Below, piece by piece: positions 49,268 to 58,552 of a DNA stretch of 64,000 nt. Under the pieces are notes generated by a model. It ran no database searches. It was not told the origin of the DNA and worked only from the letters and a program-made list of their open reading frames with translations. Each line of letters begins with the position of its first letter. The first letter of the stretch is position 1. The stretch comes from Spirochaetia bacterium (lineage in GTDB: Bacteria; Spirochaetota; Spirochaetia; CADAEX01): contig OY759746.1 in NCBI GenBank assembly GCA_963662795.1, positions 2,560,001 through 2,624,000 of the forward strand, written 5' to 3'. The translations under genes and the position numbers were made by a program.

Positions 49268-50473
49268 ATGAGTGAATCAAAAAAAATTTATATGGATTAC
49301 AATGCGACAACACCTATCCGGCAGGAAGTAAAAGAGGCACTTATAGAAAGCTTTGATTTGTACGGGAACCCGTCAAGTCTTCATACACCGGGCCGGCTTG
49401 CGACGGAGAAAATTGTTGAAGCAAGGATTAACATAGCAAAGCTGATAAATGCCGAACCTGATGAGATAATATTTACGGCAGGCGGATCTGAATCAAACAA
49501 TACAGTCTTAAAATATGTAGTTTGCAGTCCCAATAAGGGATGTTCAGGCGGATGCTGCAGCAAGGCAGGACGGGACCAGATTATAACTACAGCAATTGAG
49601 CACCCCAGTATAATTTCAACAATGGATTTTATAAAAGATCAGGGGGGGACGCCTGTAATGCTGGGTGTTGACAGCAAGGGAAAGATTGATCTTAAAGAGC
49701 TTGAAGAGAGCATTACAGATAAAACAGCGCTTATATCGGTTATGATGGCTAATAATGAAATCGGTACAATCCAGGATATTAAAGAAATTGCCCGGATAGG
49801 AAAGAAACACGGGGTGCTTGTTCACACCGATGCTGTTCAGGCTGCAGGAAAAATACCTATTGATGTAAAAGACCTTGGAGTTGATTATCTTTCCCTTTCA
49901 GGCCACAAGATTTATGCTCCCAAAGGCATTGGAATTCTTTATGCCAGAAGAAAAGCACCATACTGTCCTTTTATACATGGCGGGCATCAGGAAGACGGCA
50001 GAAGGGCCGGGACACTTAATAATCTCGGGATAATAGGTTTCGGCAGGGCGGCTGAACTCGCGCTGAAGGAAATTGACATGGAATATAAGACCATGCAGCG
50101 GCTGAGGGACAGGCTAAAGGCAGGAATTGTAAAATCAGTCCCTGATATTACAGTTAACGGACATGAAACCGACGTTCTTCCAAATACACTGAATGTTTCT
50201 TTCGCAGGGGCGGAAGGTGAATCCATACTTCTTTATCTTGATATGGAGGGGATAGCCGTATCAACCGGCTCTGCCTGTTCTTCAGACTCTCTTGAGCCTT
50301 CACAGGTCCTTTTGTCAATCGGACTTGGTCCCGAGCTTGCCCATGGCTCTATAAGGTTCAGTCTTGGAAGGGAAAATACGGAAAGCGATATTGATTATGT
50401 CATAGAAAAACTGCCGCCGGTAATAGCTAAAATCAGAAAGATGTCGACGGCCTATACAGGAGGGAAAAAATGA
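49268..50473 (+). CDS. iscS: Cysteine desulfurase (NifS/IscS)
   Basis: DYNATT, NPSS, SGHKIYAPKG, STGSACSS. Confidence 0.95.
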   Translation: MSESKKIYMDYNATTPIRQEVKEALIESFDLYGNPSSLHTPGRLATEKIVEARINIAKLINAEPDEIIFTAGGSESNNTVLKYVVCSPNKGCSGGCCSKAGRDQIITTAIEHPSIISTMDFIKDQGGTPVMLGVDSKGKIDLKELEESITDKTALISVMMANNEIGTIQDIKEIARIGKKHGVLVHTDAVQAAGKIPIDVKDLGVDYLSLSGHKIYAPKGIGILYARRKAPYCPFIHGGHQEDGRRAGTLNNLGIIGFGRAAELALKEIDMEYKTMQRLRDRLKAGIVKSVPDITVNGHETDVLPNTLNVSFAGAEGESILLYLDMEGIAVSTGSACSSDSLEPSQVLLSIGLGPELAHGSIRFSLGRENTESDIDYVIEKLPPVIAKIRKMSTAYTGGKK

Positions 50474-51066
50474 CTGCAGGATCATGGTTATATACAGAAA
50501 AAGTAAAGGAACATTTTACAAATCCCAGAAATATTCTGGATGATGAAGATAAATATGACAGCGATGGCAGGGGAGAAGTTGGAAATATTACCTGCGGCGA
50601 CCAGATGCTTGTTGTTATCAAGGTTAAAGATGATAAAATAACAGATTGTAAATGGAAAACCTACGGGTGCGCAAGCGCAATTGCAAGTACTTCTATGATG
50701 TCAGAGATGGTTATCGGAATGGATCTGAAAGAAGCATATCACATCAAGCCTGAAGATATTGTAAAAAGCCTTGACGGCCTTCCTGAACACAAAATTCATT
50801 GTTCAGTTCTCGGCGACAGGGCACTGCGGGCAGCTATTGAGGATTACTACAGACGCAACGGCCTTGAGAATGAGATTGAAGTTGAACCGGCAAGGGTTGT
50901 CTGCCACTGTAAAAATATTACAGACCGGGAAATTGAGGATTTTGTTAAAAACGGCGGTAAAACATTTGAAGAGCTTCAGGAAAAAACTGAAATCGGGACT
51001 GTCTGTGGCGGGTGTGTGGATGAAGTGAAAGAACTTCTCCATGACTATCATCATATATACGGATAG
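50470..51066 (+). CDS. nifU: Fe-S scaffold: NifU N-domain + BFD-like [2Fe-2S] domain
   Basis: CGD, GCASAIAS, KIHCS; CHC...CGGC. Confidence 0.92.
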   Translation: MTAGSWLYTEKVKEHFTNPRNILDDEDKYDSDGRGEVGNITCGDQMLVVIKVKDDKITDCKWKTYGCASAIASTSMMSEMVIGMDLKEAYHIKPEDIVKSLDGLPEHKIHCSVLGDRALRAAIEDYYRRNGLENEIEVEPARVVCHCKNITDREIEDFVKNGGKTFEELQEKTEIGTVCGGCVDEVKELLHDYHHIYG

Positions 51067-51096
51067 TCAAAGATTATTTTTTGCATAAAACTGATT

Positions 51097-51124
51097 AAAG
51101 GTCTCTTTTTAAGAGGCCTTTTTT
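51097..51124 (+). terminator. Intrinsic terminator after nifU
   Basis: AAAGGTCTCTT/AAGAGGCCTTT stem plus T run. Confidence 0.8.
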
Positions 51125-51214
51125 ATTGTATAAATATAATTGACAGACATACCGGGAGTTGACGGTACACTACCCTGAACTCTGCCCGGAAAAACAGATA
51201 AGGGAGAATCGTAA

Positions 51215-52114
51215 ATGGCAGCACTTGAGATTAAACAGATCAAGGGAAATACCTGGTATATTCCTTCTCCGGCTAATATCGGAATTTATGCGGATAACGG
51301 CAATGCGGTTATTATTGACAGCGGCAACGATAAGGAGGCCGGCCGGCAGATCTGCAGGCTGATAGACAGCCTTGGCTGGAAGCTTTCGATGATTATCAAT
51401 ACCCATTCAAATGCTGACCACGCTGGGGGAAACGCTTTTATTCAGAATAAAACCGGATGCAGGATAGCTGCTACAAGGGTCGAGGCCGCTTTTATTGAGA
51501 ATCCTGTTCTTGAGCCGGCGTTTCTCTTTGGAGGGTTCCCGCATAAGGGGCTGCGCAATAAATTCCTTATGGCAAATGAATCAAGAGTGACTGACATAAT
51601 TGAACCCGGGGATAAAATTATTTCTCCGGGTGGAGCTGAGCTGGAGACAATTTCTCTCCCGGGTCATTTTTTCGGGATGATCGGGGTAAAAACCCCGGAC
51701 AATGTGATCTTTCTGGCAGATACGCTTTTTTCCGAACACATTGTAAACAAGTACAGTATTTTTTATCTCTTTGATATCGGGGAACACCTGAAAACACTTC
51801 AGGTAATTGAATCGCTTGAAGCGGATTATTTTCTGCCGTCCCATGCGGAACTTACTGACAATATAAAAAAACTTGTAGCCATAAACAGGGCGAAAATTGA
51901 TGAAATAAGCGGCAATATCGCAGATCTCTGCAAAGAAGAGATTGAGCTGGACGGGATTCTCTCAGGTTTATGCGCCCTTTATAATATTGAACTTAATGAT
52001 AATCAGTATGTTCTTGTCCAGAGTTCTCTCAAGGCATACCTCGTTTATCTGCTTCAGAAGGGTGAGCTTTTAAAAGAATACCGCGGCGGCCGGCTTTTCT
52101 GGAAAAAAACCTGA
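51215..52114 (+). CDS. MBL-fold metallohydrolase
   Basis: IDSG, THSNADH, PGH, AD, PSH. Confidence 0.87.
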   Translation: MAALEIKQIKGNTWYIPSPANIGIYADNGNAVIIDSGNDKEAGRQICRLIDSLGWKLSMIINTHSNADHAGGNAFIQNKTGCRIAATRVEAAFIENPVLEPAFLFGGFPHKGLRNKFLMANESRVTDIIEPGDKIISPGGAELETISLPGHFFGMIGVKTPDNVIFLADTLFSEHIVNKYSIFYLFDIGEHLKTLQVIESLEADYFLPSHAELTDNIKKLVAINRAKIDEISGNIADLCKEEIELDGILSGLCALYNIELNDNQYVLVQSSLKAYLVYLLQKGELLKEYRGGRLFWKKT

Positions 52115-52173
52115 TATCAATCTTTATCCAATGTTCTATTGTAGTTCGGATTTTTTGAAGTTATATTATATAT

Positions 52174-52479
52174 ATGTCCGGTAAAACTGCTTTCAGTACA
52201 GATCAAAAATTCTCTGAATTGGTCAAGGAGCCTGGGAGATATATAATTGTGCTCCATAATGATAACTATACAACTATGGAATTTGTTGTTTCCGTACTAA
52301 AGGAAGTATTCCATAAATCATCTATTGAAGCCAACGTAATAATGCTTGAAGTGCACAAAAAAGGGGCGGGCAAAGTAGGATCATATACCTACGATATAGC
52401 AGCGACAAAGATGTACCAGGTGGAAAATCTGGCGTCCCGCGCCGGCTATCCCCTGAAATGCACGATGGAGAAAGAATAA
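52174..52479 (+). CDS. clpS: Clp protease adaptor ClpS
   Basis: LHNDNYTTMEFVV.VL, MLEVH..G, YPL.C. Confidence 0.96.
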   Translation: MSGKTAFSTDQKFSELVKEPGRYIIVLHNDNYTTMEFVVSVLKEVFHKSSIEANVIMLEVHKKGAGKVGSYTYDIAATKMYQVENLASRAGYPLKCTMEKE

Positions 52480-54932
52480 TGAAAATAAACGATGAGGTAC
52501 AGGTAATACTTAATGCCGCATATGATGAGGCGCTGTCCCGGAAGCATGAGTTCCTTACACCGGAACATTTAATATACACATCCCTTTCTTTCGAAAGCCC
52601 CAGGGAATTGTTTCAGGAATGCGGGATCGACCCTGATGAATTAAAAAATGAAACGGCCAGATATCTTGAAAAAGAAATCCCTGTCACAGAAAAAAGCGAG
52701 CCTGTACAGACCCTTGGCCTGCAGAGGATAATTGAAAGAGCCCTTATCCATATAGAAAGCTCATCCAAAGGAGAGCTTGTCTTTTCAGATATTATTGTAT
52801 CGATATTTGAGCAGAAAGACTGCTACGCATCATATTACATGAAAAAAATGGGGCTTACAAAAATCAACCTTCTGAGAGTTGTCTCACACGGGTTTGATAA
52901 AGAGCCTGATTCCCTTATTATTCAGCCGGGTGATAACGGAAAAACAGATGCTGATAATGATGAAGCAGGCGGGGCGGAAAAAGAACCTAAAGAAAGTAAA
53001 AAAAGCTTCCTTGAGAAATTCACAAGAGAACTCACTGCTGAAGCTAAAAAAGGAAAACTTGAACCGCTTATCGGACGTGAAGAAATACTTGAAAGGATTG
53101 TCCAGGTACTCTGCAGAAGGATGAAGAATAATCCGGTTCTTGTCGGCGATCCGGGTGTCGGAAAAACCGCAATGGCTGAAGGCATAGCAGCGATGATTTC
53201 GGAATATCGCGTTCCTTCTTTTCTCCATGACTACTCAGTTTATCAGATAGATATGGGTTCTCTTGTCGCCGGAACAAAATACAGGGGAGATTTTGAGGAA
53301 CGTCTTAAAAGAATTCTCAGGGAGCTTGAAACAAGGGAAAAGGTAATAATATTTATAGATGAAATACATACCGTAATAGGGGCAGGGGCTGTGTCGGGAG
53401 GTTCCCTTGACGCTTCCAACCTTTTAAAGCCGCTGCTCTCATCCGGGCGCCTGAGGTGTATAGGCTCAACAACTTTTGAAGAATACAAGAAAATATTCGA
53501 GAAAGACCGGGCCCTTGCAAGAAGATTCCAGAAAATTGAAATACCTGAAACAAGCTTAAGCGAAACAGAACAAATACTTACGGGCCTCAAGGAAAGGTAT
53601 GAGTCCTATCACAATGTAAAATATACGGATGAAGCAATAAAAGCGGCTGTCGCGCTTTCAGACCAGTATATCACTGACCGCCATCTGCCTGACAAGGCGA
53701 TTGATGTTATTGATGAAGCAGGGGCATACATGAAGCTTCTTGATTTCAAGAACAGGCCGGCTAAACTGAAAAATATCCCGAAAAATGATAAGAGGATTGA
53801 TGACAGTAAAATAAATAATAAGGCGGCCGGAAATGATGAAGGTGCTGATGAAAATAACGCGGAAAGCGGCAGCGTTGCAGCTGCAGACAGCGTAAATACT
53901 GCAGCTGCAGAAAAAGCAGCGCCGGTTCTGGTTGATGAAAATATAATAGAAAAAATTGTCGCAGGGATTGCCAGAATTCCTGAAAAAAGCGTGACTGTTA
54001 CAGAAAAATCCAAACTTAAGGATCTTTCTTCTGAAATAAAAAAATATCTTTTCGGTCAGGATAAAGCTGTTGAGAGTGTCTGCCATTCTGTTAAAAGAGC
54101 AAGGGCCGGATTCAGGGAGCCTGACAAGCCTGTGGCTTCATTTCTTTTTGTAGGACCTACGGGAGTGGGAAAAACTGAACTTTCCAAACAGCTTGCTTCT
54201 GCCCTTGGCATATCGCTTATAAGGTTTGACATGAGCGAGTATCAGGAAAAGCACACAGTCGCCCGCCTGATAGGCGCTCCTCCGGGATATGTTGGATATG
54301 AAGAGGGCGGGCTTTTAACAGATTCAATCATAAAAACGCCGCATGCTGTGCTTCTTCTGGATGAAATTGAAAAGGCGCATCAGGATATTTACAATATCCT
54401 TCTGTCTGTAATGGATTACGCCACCCTTACTGACAATAACGGACGAAAAGCTGATTTCAGAAACATTATACTGATAATGACTTCCAATGCAGGAGCACGG
54501 GAGCTGGGAAAGCCGATGATCGGTTTCGGAGGTCTTAAGATCGGAGACAGTGCTCTTTCTTCTGCTGTGGAAAAGATATTCGCGCCTGAATTCAGAAACC
54601 GTCTCGACAGTGTTGTGGTCTTTAACGATCTTGATATGGATAACGCAAAAAGCATAGTAAAAAAAGAGATAAAACTCTTTACTGCCCAGCTGGCGTCAAG
54701 AAATATAACTGCAGAGTTTACTGAAAAGTGTGTAACTTTTATAACTGAAGAAGGTTATTCAAGGGAATACGGTGCAAGGAATATTTCAAGGGTCTTCCGT
54801 GAGAAAGTAAAAGATCTTTTCATTGACAGGGTGCTTTTCGGAGAACTTGAATCAGGCGGCAGAGTCATAGTTGATGCTGAGGATAATTCTATTGTAATAA
54901 GACTGCCGGTTTCAGAGTATACAGAGGAATAG
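52479..54932 (+). CDS. clpA: ATP-dependent Clp protease ATPase ClpA
   Basis: Two AAA modules (GDPGVGKT, GPTGVGKT); IGF loop; TAATG coupling to clpS. Confidence 0.95.
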   Translation: MKINDEVQVILNAAYDEALSRKHEFLTPEHLIYTSLSFESPRELFQECGIDPDELKNETARYLEKEIPVTEKSEPVQTLGLQRIIERALIHIESSSKGELVFSDIIVSIFEQKDCYASYYMKKMGLTKINLLRVVSHGFDKEPDSLIIQPGDNGKTDADNDEAGGAEKEPKESKKSFLEKFTRELTAEAKKGKLEPLIGREEILERIVQVLCRRMKNNPVLVGDPGVGKTAMAEGIAAMISEYRVPSFLHDYSVYQIDMGSLVAGTKYRGDFEERLKRILRELETREKVIIFIDEIHTVIGAGAVSGGSLDASNLLKPLLSSGRLRCIGSTTFEEYKKIFEKDRALARRFQKIEIPETSLSETEQILTGLKERYESYHNVKYTDEAIKAAVALSDQYITDRHLPDKAIDVIDEAGAYMKLLDFKNRPAKLKNIPKNDKRIDDSKINNKAAGNDEGADENNAESGSVAAADSVNTAAAEKAAPVLVDENIIEKIVAGIARIPEKSVTVTEKSKLKDLSSEIKKYLFGQDKAVESVCHSVKRARAGFREPDKPVASFLFVGPTGVGKTELSKQLASALGISLIRFDMSEYQEKHTVARLIGAPPGYVGYEEGGLLTDSIIKTPHAVLLLDEIEKAHQDIYNILLSVMDYATLTDNNGRKADFRNIILIMTSNAGARELGKPMIGFGGLKIGDSALSSAVEKIFAPEFRNRLDSVVVFNDLDMDNAKSIVKKEIKLFTAQLASRNITAEFTEKCVTFITEEGYSREYGARNISRVFREKVKDLFIDRVLFGELESGGRVIVDAEDNSIVIRLPVSEYTEE

Positions 54933-54989
54933 GTTTTCCTGATATCCTTTGAATATAAAAAAAATTTCAGTGGAGAACCTTTTGGCATA

Positions 54990-55682
54990 ATGACGTCCGG
55001 TTTCCCTTATCTTGATGAAAACCAGTATTTTGAATTTCCGCACCCTGAGACAGCAGACAGTGACGGCTTTTTAGGCGCAGGAGGAAACCTTTCCCCGGGA
55101 ATGCTGATTTCCGCTTACCGGCAGGGAATTTTCCCGTGGTTCAGCGAAGGGGACCCTGTAATGTGGTTTTCTCCCGATCCCAGGTTTGTCCTTTTTCCTG
55201 AAAAACTTCACGTCCCGCAAAGGCTTGAAAGGCTCCTGAAAAAAGAGTTATTTGATGTTGAATTCAATGCGAATTTCAGTCAGATAATAAGGGAATGCAA
55301 AAATGCAAACCGTCCCGGACAGAGGGGCACATGGATAACTGACGGGATGGAAAAAGCCTACATAAGGCTCTTTGAGCTTGGGTATATATTTACTGCCGCG
55401 GTTTTTGAAAAAGGGAGCCGGACTCTTGCCGGCGGGGTATATGGTGTAAGGATCGGAAGATGCTTTTTCGGAGAATCAATGTTCGCGAAAAAACCTGATG
55501 CATCCAAATACGGTTTTGTGAAACTTGTCAGACAGCTGGCACGTGAAGGCATCGCAATTATTGACTGCCAGATGAAAACTGCCCATCTTGAGCGGTTCGG
55601 GGCGGAAATGATACCAAGGAGCTTTTTCCTTGAAATTATAAATAAAAACCAGAAACTGGAAAGGATTAAAAATGACTTCTAA
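54990..55682 (+). CDS. aat: Leucyl/phenylalanyl-tRNA-protein transferase
   Basis: AYRQGIFPW, WFSPDPR, TWIT, GESMF, DASK, IDCQ. Confidence 0.96.
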   Translation: MTSGFPYLDENQYFEFPHPETADSDGFLGAGGNLSPGMLISAYRQGIFPWFSEGDPVMWFSPDPRFVLFPEKLHVPQRLERLLKKELFDVEFNANFSQIIRECKNANRPGQRGTWITDGMEKAYIRLFELGYIFTAAVFEKGSRTLAGGVYGVRIGRCFFGESMFAKKPDASKYGFVKLVRQLAREGIAIIDCQMKTAHLERFGAEMIPRSFFLEIINKNQKLERIKNDF

Positions 55683-58506
55683 AAAAAGATACTTAGGCCT
55701 GTTAATAACACTGCTTCTGCTTTTTACGTGGCAGGGAGCTTTTGCAGATATATTCTCATTAAACAATGATAAAGCAATACCGACAGATCCCCAGCTTGTT
55801 AAAAACTCTCTTGCAAACGGGCTTACCTATTATGTAAGGGAAAACAGGAAACCTGAGAACAGGATAATACTCCGCCTGGTTGTAAATGCAGGATCTGTAC
55901 TTGAAAAAGAAAACCAGCGGGGGCTTGCCCATTTTCTCGAGCACATGGCGTTTAATGGCACTGTCAATTTTCCGGGAAATACACTGGTTGATCTCCTCGA
56001 AAAGGAAGGGGTAAAATTCGGACCTGATCTTAACGCCTACACAGGCTACGACAATACAGTTTATATGCTTGATATTCCTGCAGACAGGGAAGATCTTGTT
56101 GATTCAGCGCTGCTTATCCTTTTTGACTGGGCGTCCGGCATTACATTCAGCCCTGAAGAGATAGAAAAGGAAAGGGGAGTTGTAATTGAGGAGTGGAGAA
56201 AAAACAAAGGCTCATCTGAAAGAATAAGCGAGGTGCAGCGGAAGGAAATATTTTCAGGATCACGATACGCAGAAAGACAGCCTATAGGAACCATAGAAGT
56301 TCTGGAAAGTTTTACCCGTGATGACGTTTTATCTTTCTACAAAGACTGGTACCGCCCGGATCTGATGGCTGTAATAGCTGTTGGTGATTTTGATAAAGTC
56401 AAAATGGAGAAAAGAATCACAGATACATTTTCCGCAATGCCGCTTCAGAAAATCAGAAAAATGAGGCCTGAATATCCTGTCCCGGGACGGGAAAAAACTG
56501 ATGTTTCTGTTATCAGGGACACAGAAGCTACTTCCGCAGAACTTAAAGTAATATATTTTCATGACAATATTGATCAGGAGACAATCGGGGATTATCGAGA
56601 GAATCTCGTATTTTCCCTTTATCTCTCCATGCTTAACAGCCGGTATAACGAAAAAAGACAGGAGAAAAACCCTCCTTTCCTGAGCGCAGGGGCAGGTTTT
56701 GGGAAACTAACCTCGTTGAGATCTGTTTTTTCTGCTGTCTGTACAGCAGACCCTGAGAATGTAGAAACAGGGATTGAAGCGCTCGCAGGCGAACTTTCAA
56801 GGATCCGCAGGGACGGTTTTACAGATACAGAGTTTATAAGGGCAAAAGAAAAGTATGCTGCCATAATGGCGCAGCTTTACAGGGAATCTGAAAATACAAA
56901 CTCGGAAGCACTGGCGTCTGAACTGACAAGAAATTATTTTGACAATGAATATGTTCCCGGAATTGAAAATGAATACACCCTTGCCGTAAATCTTCTGCCG
57001 GATATAACAATTGATGAGGTTAACTCTCTTTCAGATTATTTTTTCGGAGCAAAAGAGCCCCTTGTTTTATTAAGCCTGCCGGATAACGGCAAAGGATCTG
57101 AAGCAAAGCTTACTGAAGAATATGTGAAAGATGTTTTTGAAAAAGCGCTTGTTTCCCGGTATCCTCCTTATGTTGATGCGGCCGGCGAGGGTGCTCTGAT
57201 AAATGAAATGCCGGAAGCCGGAAGTTCAAGGCTTGTAAAAACAGATAAACAGAACAATATTGAATATTATGAGCTTTCAAACGGTGCAAAGGTAATTATT
57301 AAAAAAACACCTTTCAAAGAAGATGAAGTCCTGTTCAGCGCTTTCAGCCTGGGCGGGCACTCTCTTGTTGCGGATGACGAATGGGTTTCGGCGAATTTTG
57401 CTTCAGGGATTATTACCCGCGGTTTATTGGGAGGACGGACAAGGATACAGCTTGACAAGTATCTTGACGGCAAGCTTGTAAATGTCTCTCCGTATATCGG
57501 CGAGACATCAGAGGGGTTTTCAGGCAGTTCCTCCCTTTCTGATCTTGAAACCCTGTTCCAGATGGTATACCTGTATTTTAATGCTGCGGAAAAAGACCCT
57601 GATTCCTACGATTCCTATATCTCAAGGCTGGGCATATATCTGCAGAACCAGGAAGCTGACCCGGAGGTTATCTTCGGCCGCACACTCAGGAATATCCTTA
57701 CCTCAAGTCATATGCGAGGCAGGCCTTTTGACAGTACAATGATTTCAGAGATTGATATTGATAAGGCATATTCAGTTTTCAGGGAACGCTTTGCCGACCC
57801 CGGAGACTTTACCTGGATTTTTACAGGTTCTGCCGGCCCTGATGTCATAATTCCTCTGGCTGAGAAGTATCTTGCTTTTTCAATTCCAGGCAGGGATAAA
57901 GCGGAAGGAAAAGAGACATGGAAGGATACGGGAATAAGGCTGCCTGAAGGAAAGATAGAAAAGACTATTTATATGGGGAAAGAGGAAAAGGCGGATATCG
58001 CGCTTGTATTCAGCGGGGATTTCAGCTGGAGCAGGGAAAACCTTGTTCTTCTTACAGCGCTTGCCGAAGCGGCGGATGTAAGACTCAGGGAAGTAATAAG
58101 GGAAGACGAAGGGGGAACCTACAGTATAAATGTATATCCGTCAGTCGATAAATATCCTCTCCCGCAGTTTCAGATAACTGTTTATTTTGTATGCTCCCCG
58201 CAGAGGGCAGATGAACTCAAGGCTATTGTCTTAAGGGAGCTTGCAGCCATTGCAGAAAAGGTTCCGGAGGGGACTCTGCAGAAGTTTAAAAGCTCGTCAA
58301 AACTTGAATACCGGAAGCAGATAAAGGAAAACAGCTTCTGGCTGTCGGCAATTAAGGACGCCGAATTTGACGGTTCTGGCCTCGCCTGGTTAAGGAATTA
58401 TGAGGATATGACTGAAAGTATTACCGGCAGGCTGATAATGGACGCGGCATCTGTTTATTTCAATCCTGAAAGAATGGTAGATGTTACAATGCTCCCTGAA
58501 AAATAA
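55672..58506 (+). CDS. M16 family zinc peptidase (PqqL-like), exported
   Basis: Signal peptide; HFLEH, NAYT, ERGVV.EE, WYRP. Confidence 0.93.
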   Translation: MTSKKRYLGLLITLLLLFTWQGAFADIFSLNNDKAIPTDPQLVKNSLANGLTYYVRENRKPENRIILRLVVNAGSVLEKENQRGLAHFLEHMAFNGTVNFPGNTLVDLLEKEGVKFGPDLNAYTGYDNTVYMLDIPADREDLVDSALLILFDWASGITFSPEEIEKERGVVIEEWRKNKGSSERISEVQRKEIFSGSRYAERQPIGTIEVLESFTRDDVLSFYKDWYRPDLMAVIAVGDFDKVKMEKRITDTFSAMPLQKIRKMRPEYPVPGREKTDVSVIRDTEATSAELKVIYFHDNIDQETIGDYRENLVFSLYLSMLNSRYNEKRQEKNPPFLSAGAGFGKLTSLRSVFSAVCTADPENVETGIEALAGELSRIRRDGFTDTEFIRAKEKYAAIMAQLYRESENTNSEALASELTRNYFDNEYVPGIENEYTLAVNLLPDITIDEVNSLSDYFFGAKEPLVLLSLPDNGKGSEAKLTEEYVKDVFEKALVSRYPPYVDAAGEGALINEMPEAGSSRLVKTDKQNNIEYYELSNGAKVIIKKTPFKEDEVLFSAFSLGGHSLVADDEWVSANFASGIITRGLLGGRTRIQLDKYLDGKLVNVSPYIGETSEGFSGSSSLSDLETLFQMVYLYFNAAEKDPDSYDSYISRLGIYLQNQEADPEVIFGRTLRNILTSSHMRGRPFDSTMISEIDIDKAYSVFRERFADPGDFTWIFTGSAGPDVIIPLAEKYLAFSIPGRDKAEGKETWKDTGIRLPEGKIEKTIYMGKEEKADIALVFSGDFSWSRENLVLLTALAEAADVRLREVIREDEGGTYSINVYPSVDKYPLPQFQITVYFVCSPQRADELKAIVLRELAAIAEKVPEGTLQKFKSSSKLEYRKQIKENSFWLSAIKDAEFDGSGLAWLRNYEDMTESITGRLIMDAASVYFNPERMVDVTMLPEK

Positions 58507-58511
58507 AAACC

Positions 58512-58541
58512 GCTGCTGTACTTTACGAAAAGTGCAGCAGC
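58512..58541. terminator. Hairpin between convergent genes
   Basis: GCTGCTGTACTTT/AAAGTGCAGCAGC. Confidence 0.7.
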
Positions 58542-58552
58542 TAACTTCAGAG

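Noticed and set aside
3569-54932. Genome-wide TAG reassignment (alternative genetic code)
   Set aside because: TAG terminates rbr, paaK, proX, proW, nifU and clpA at their expected C-termini.
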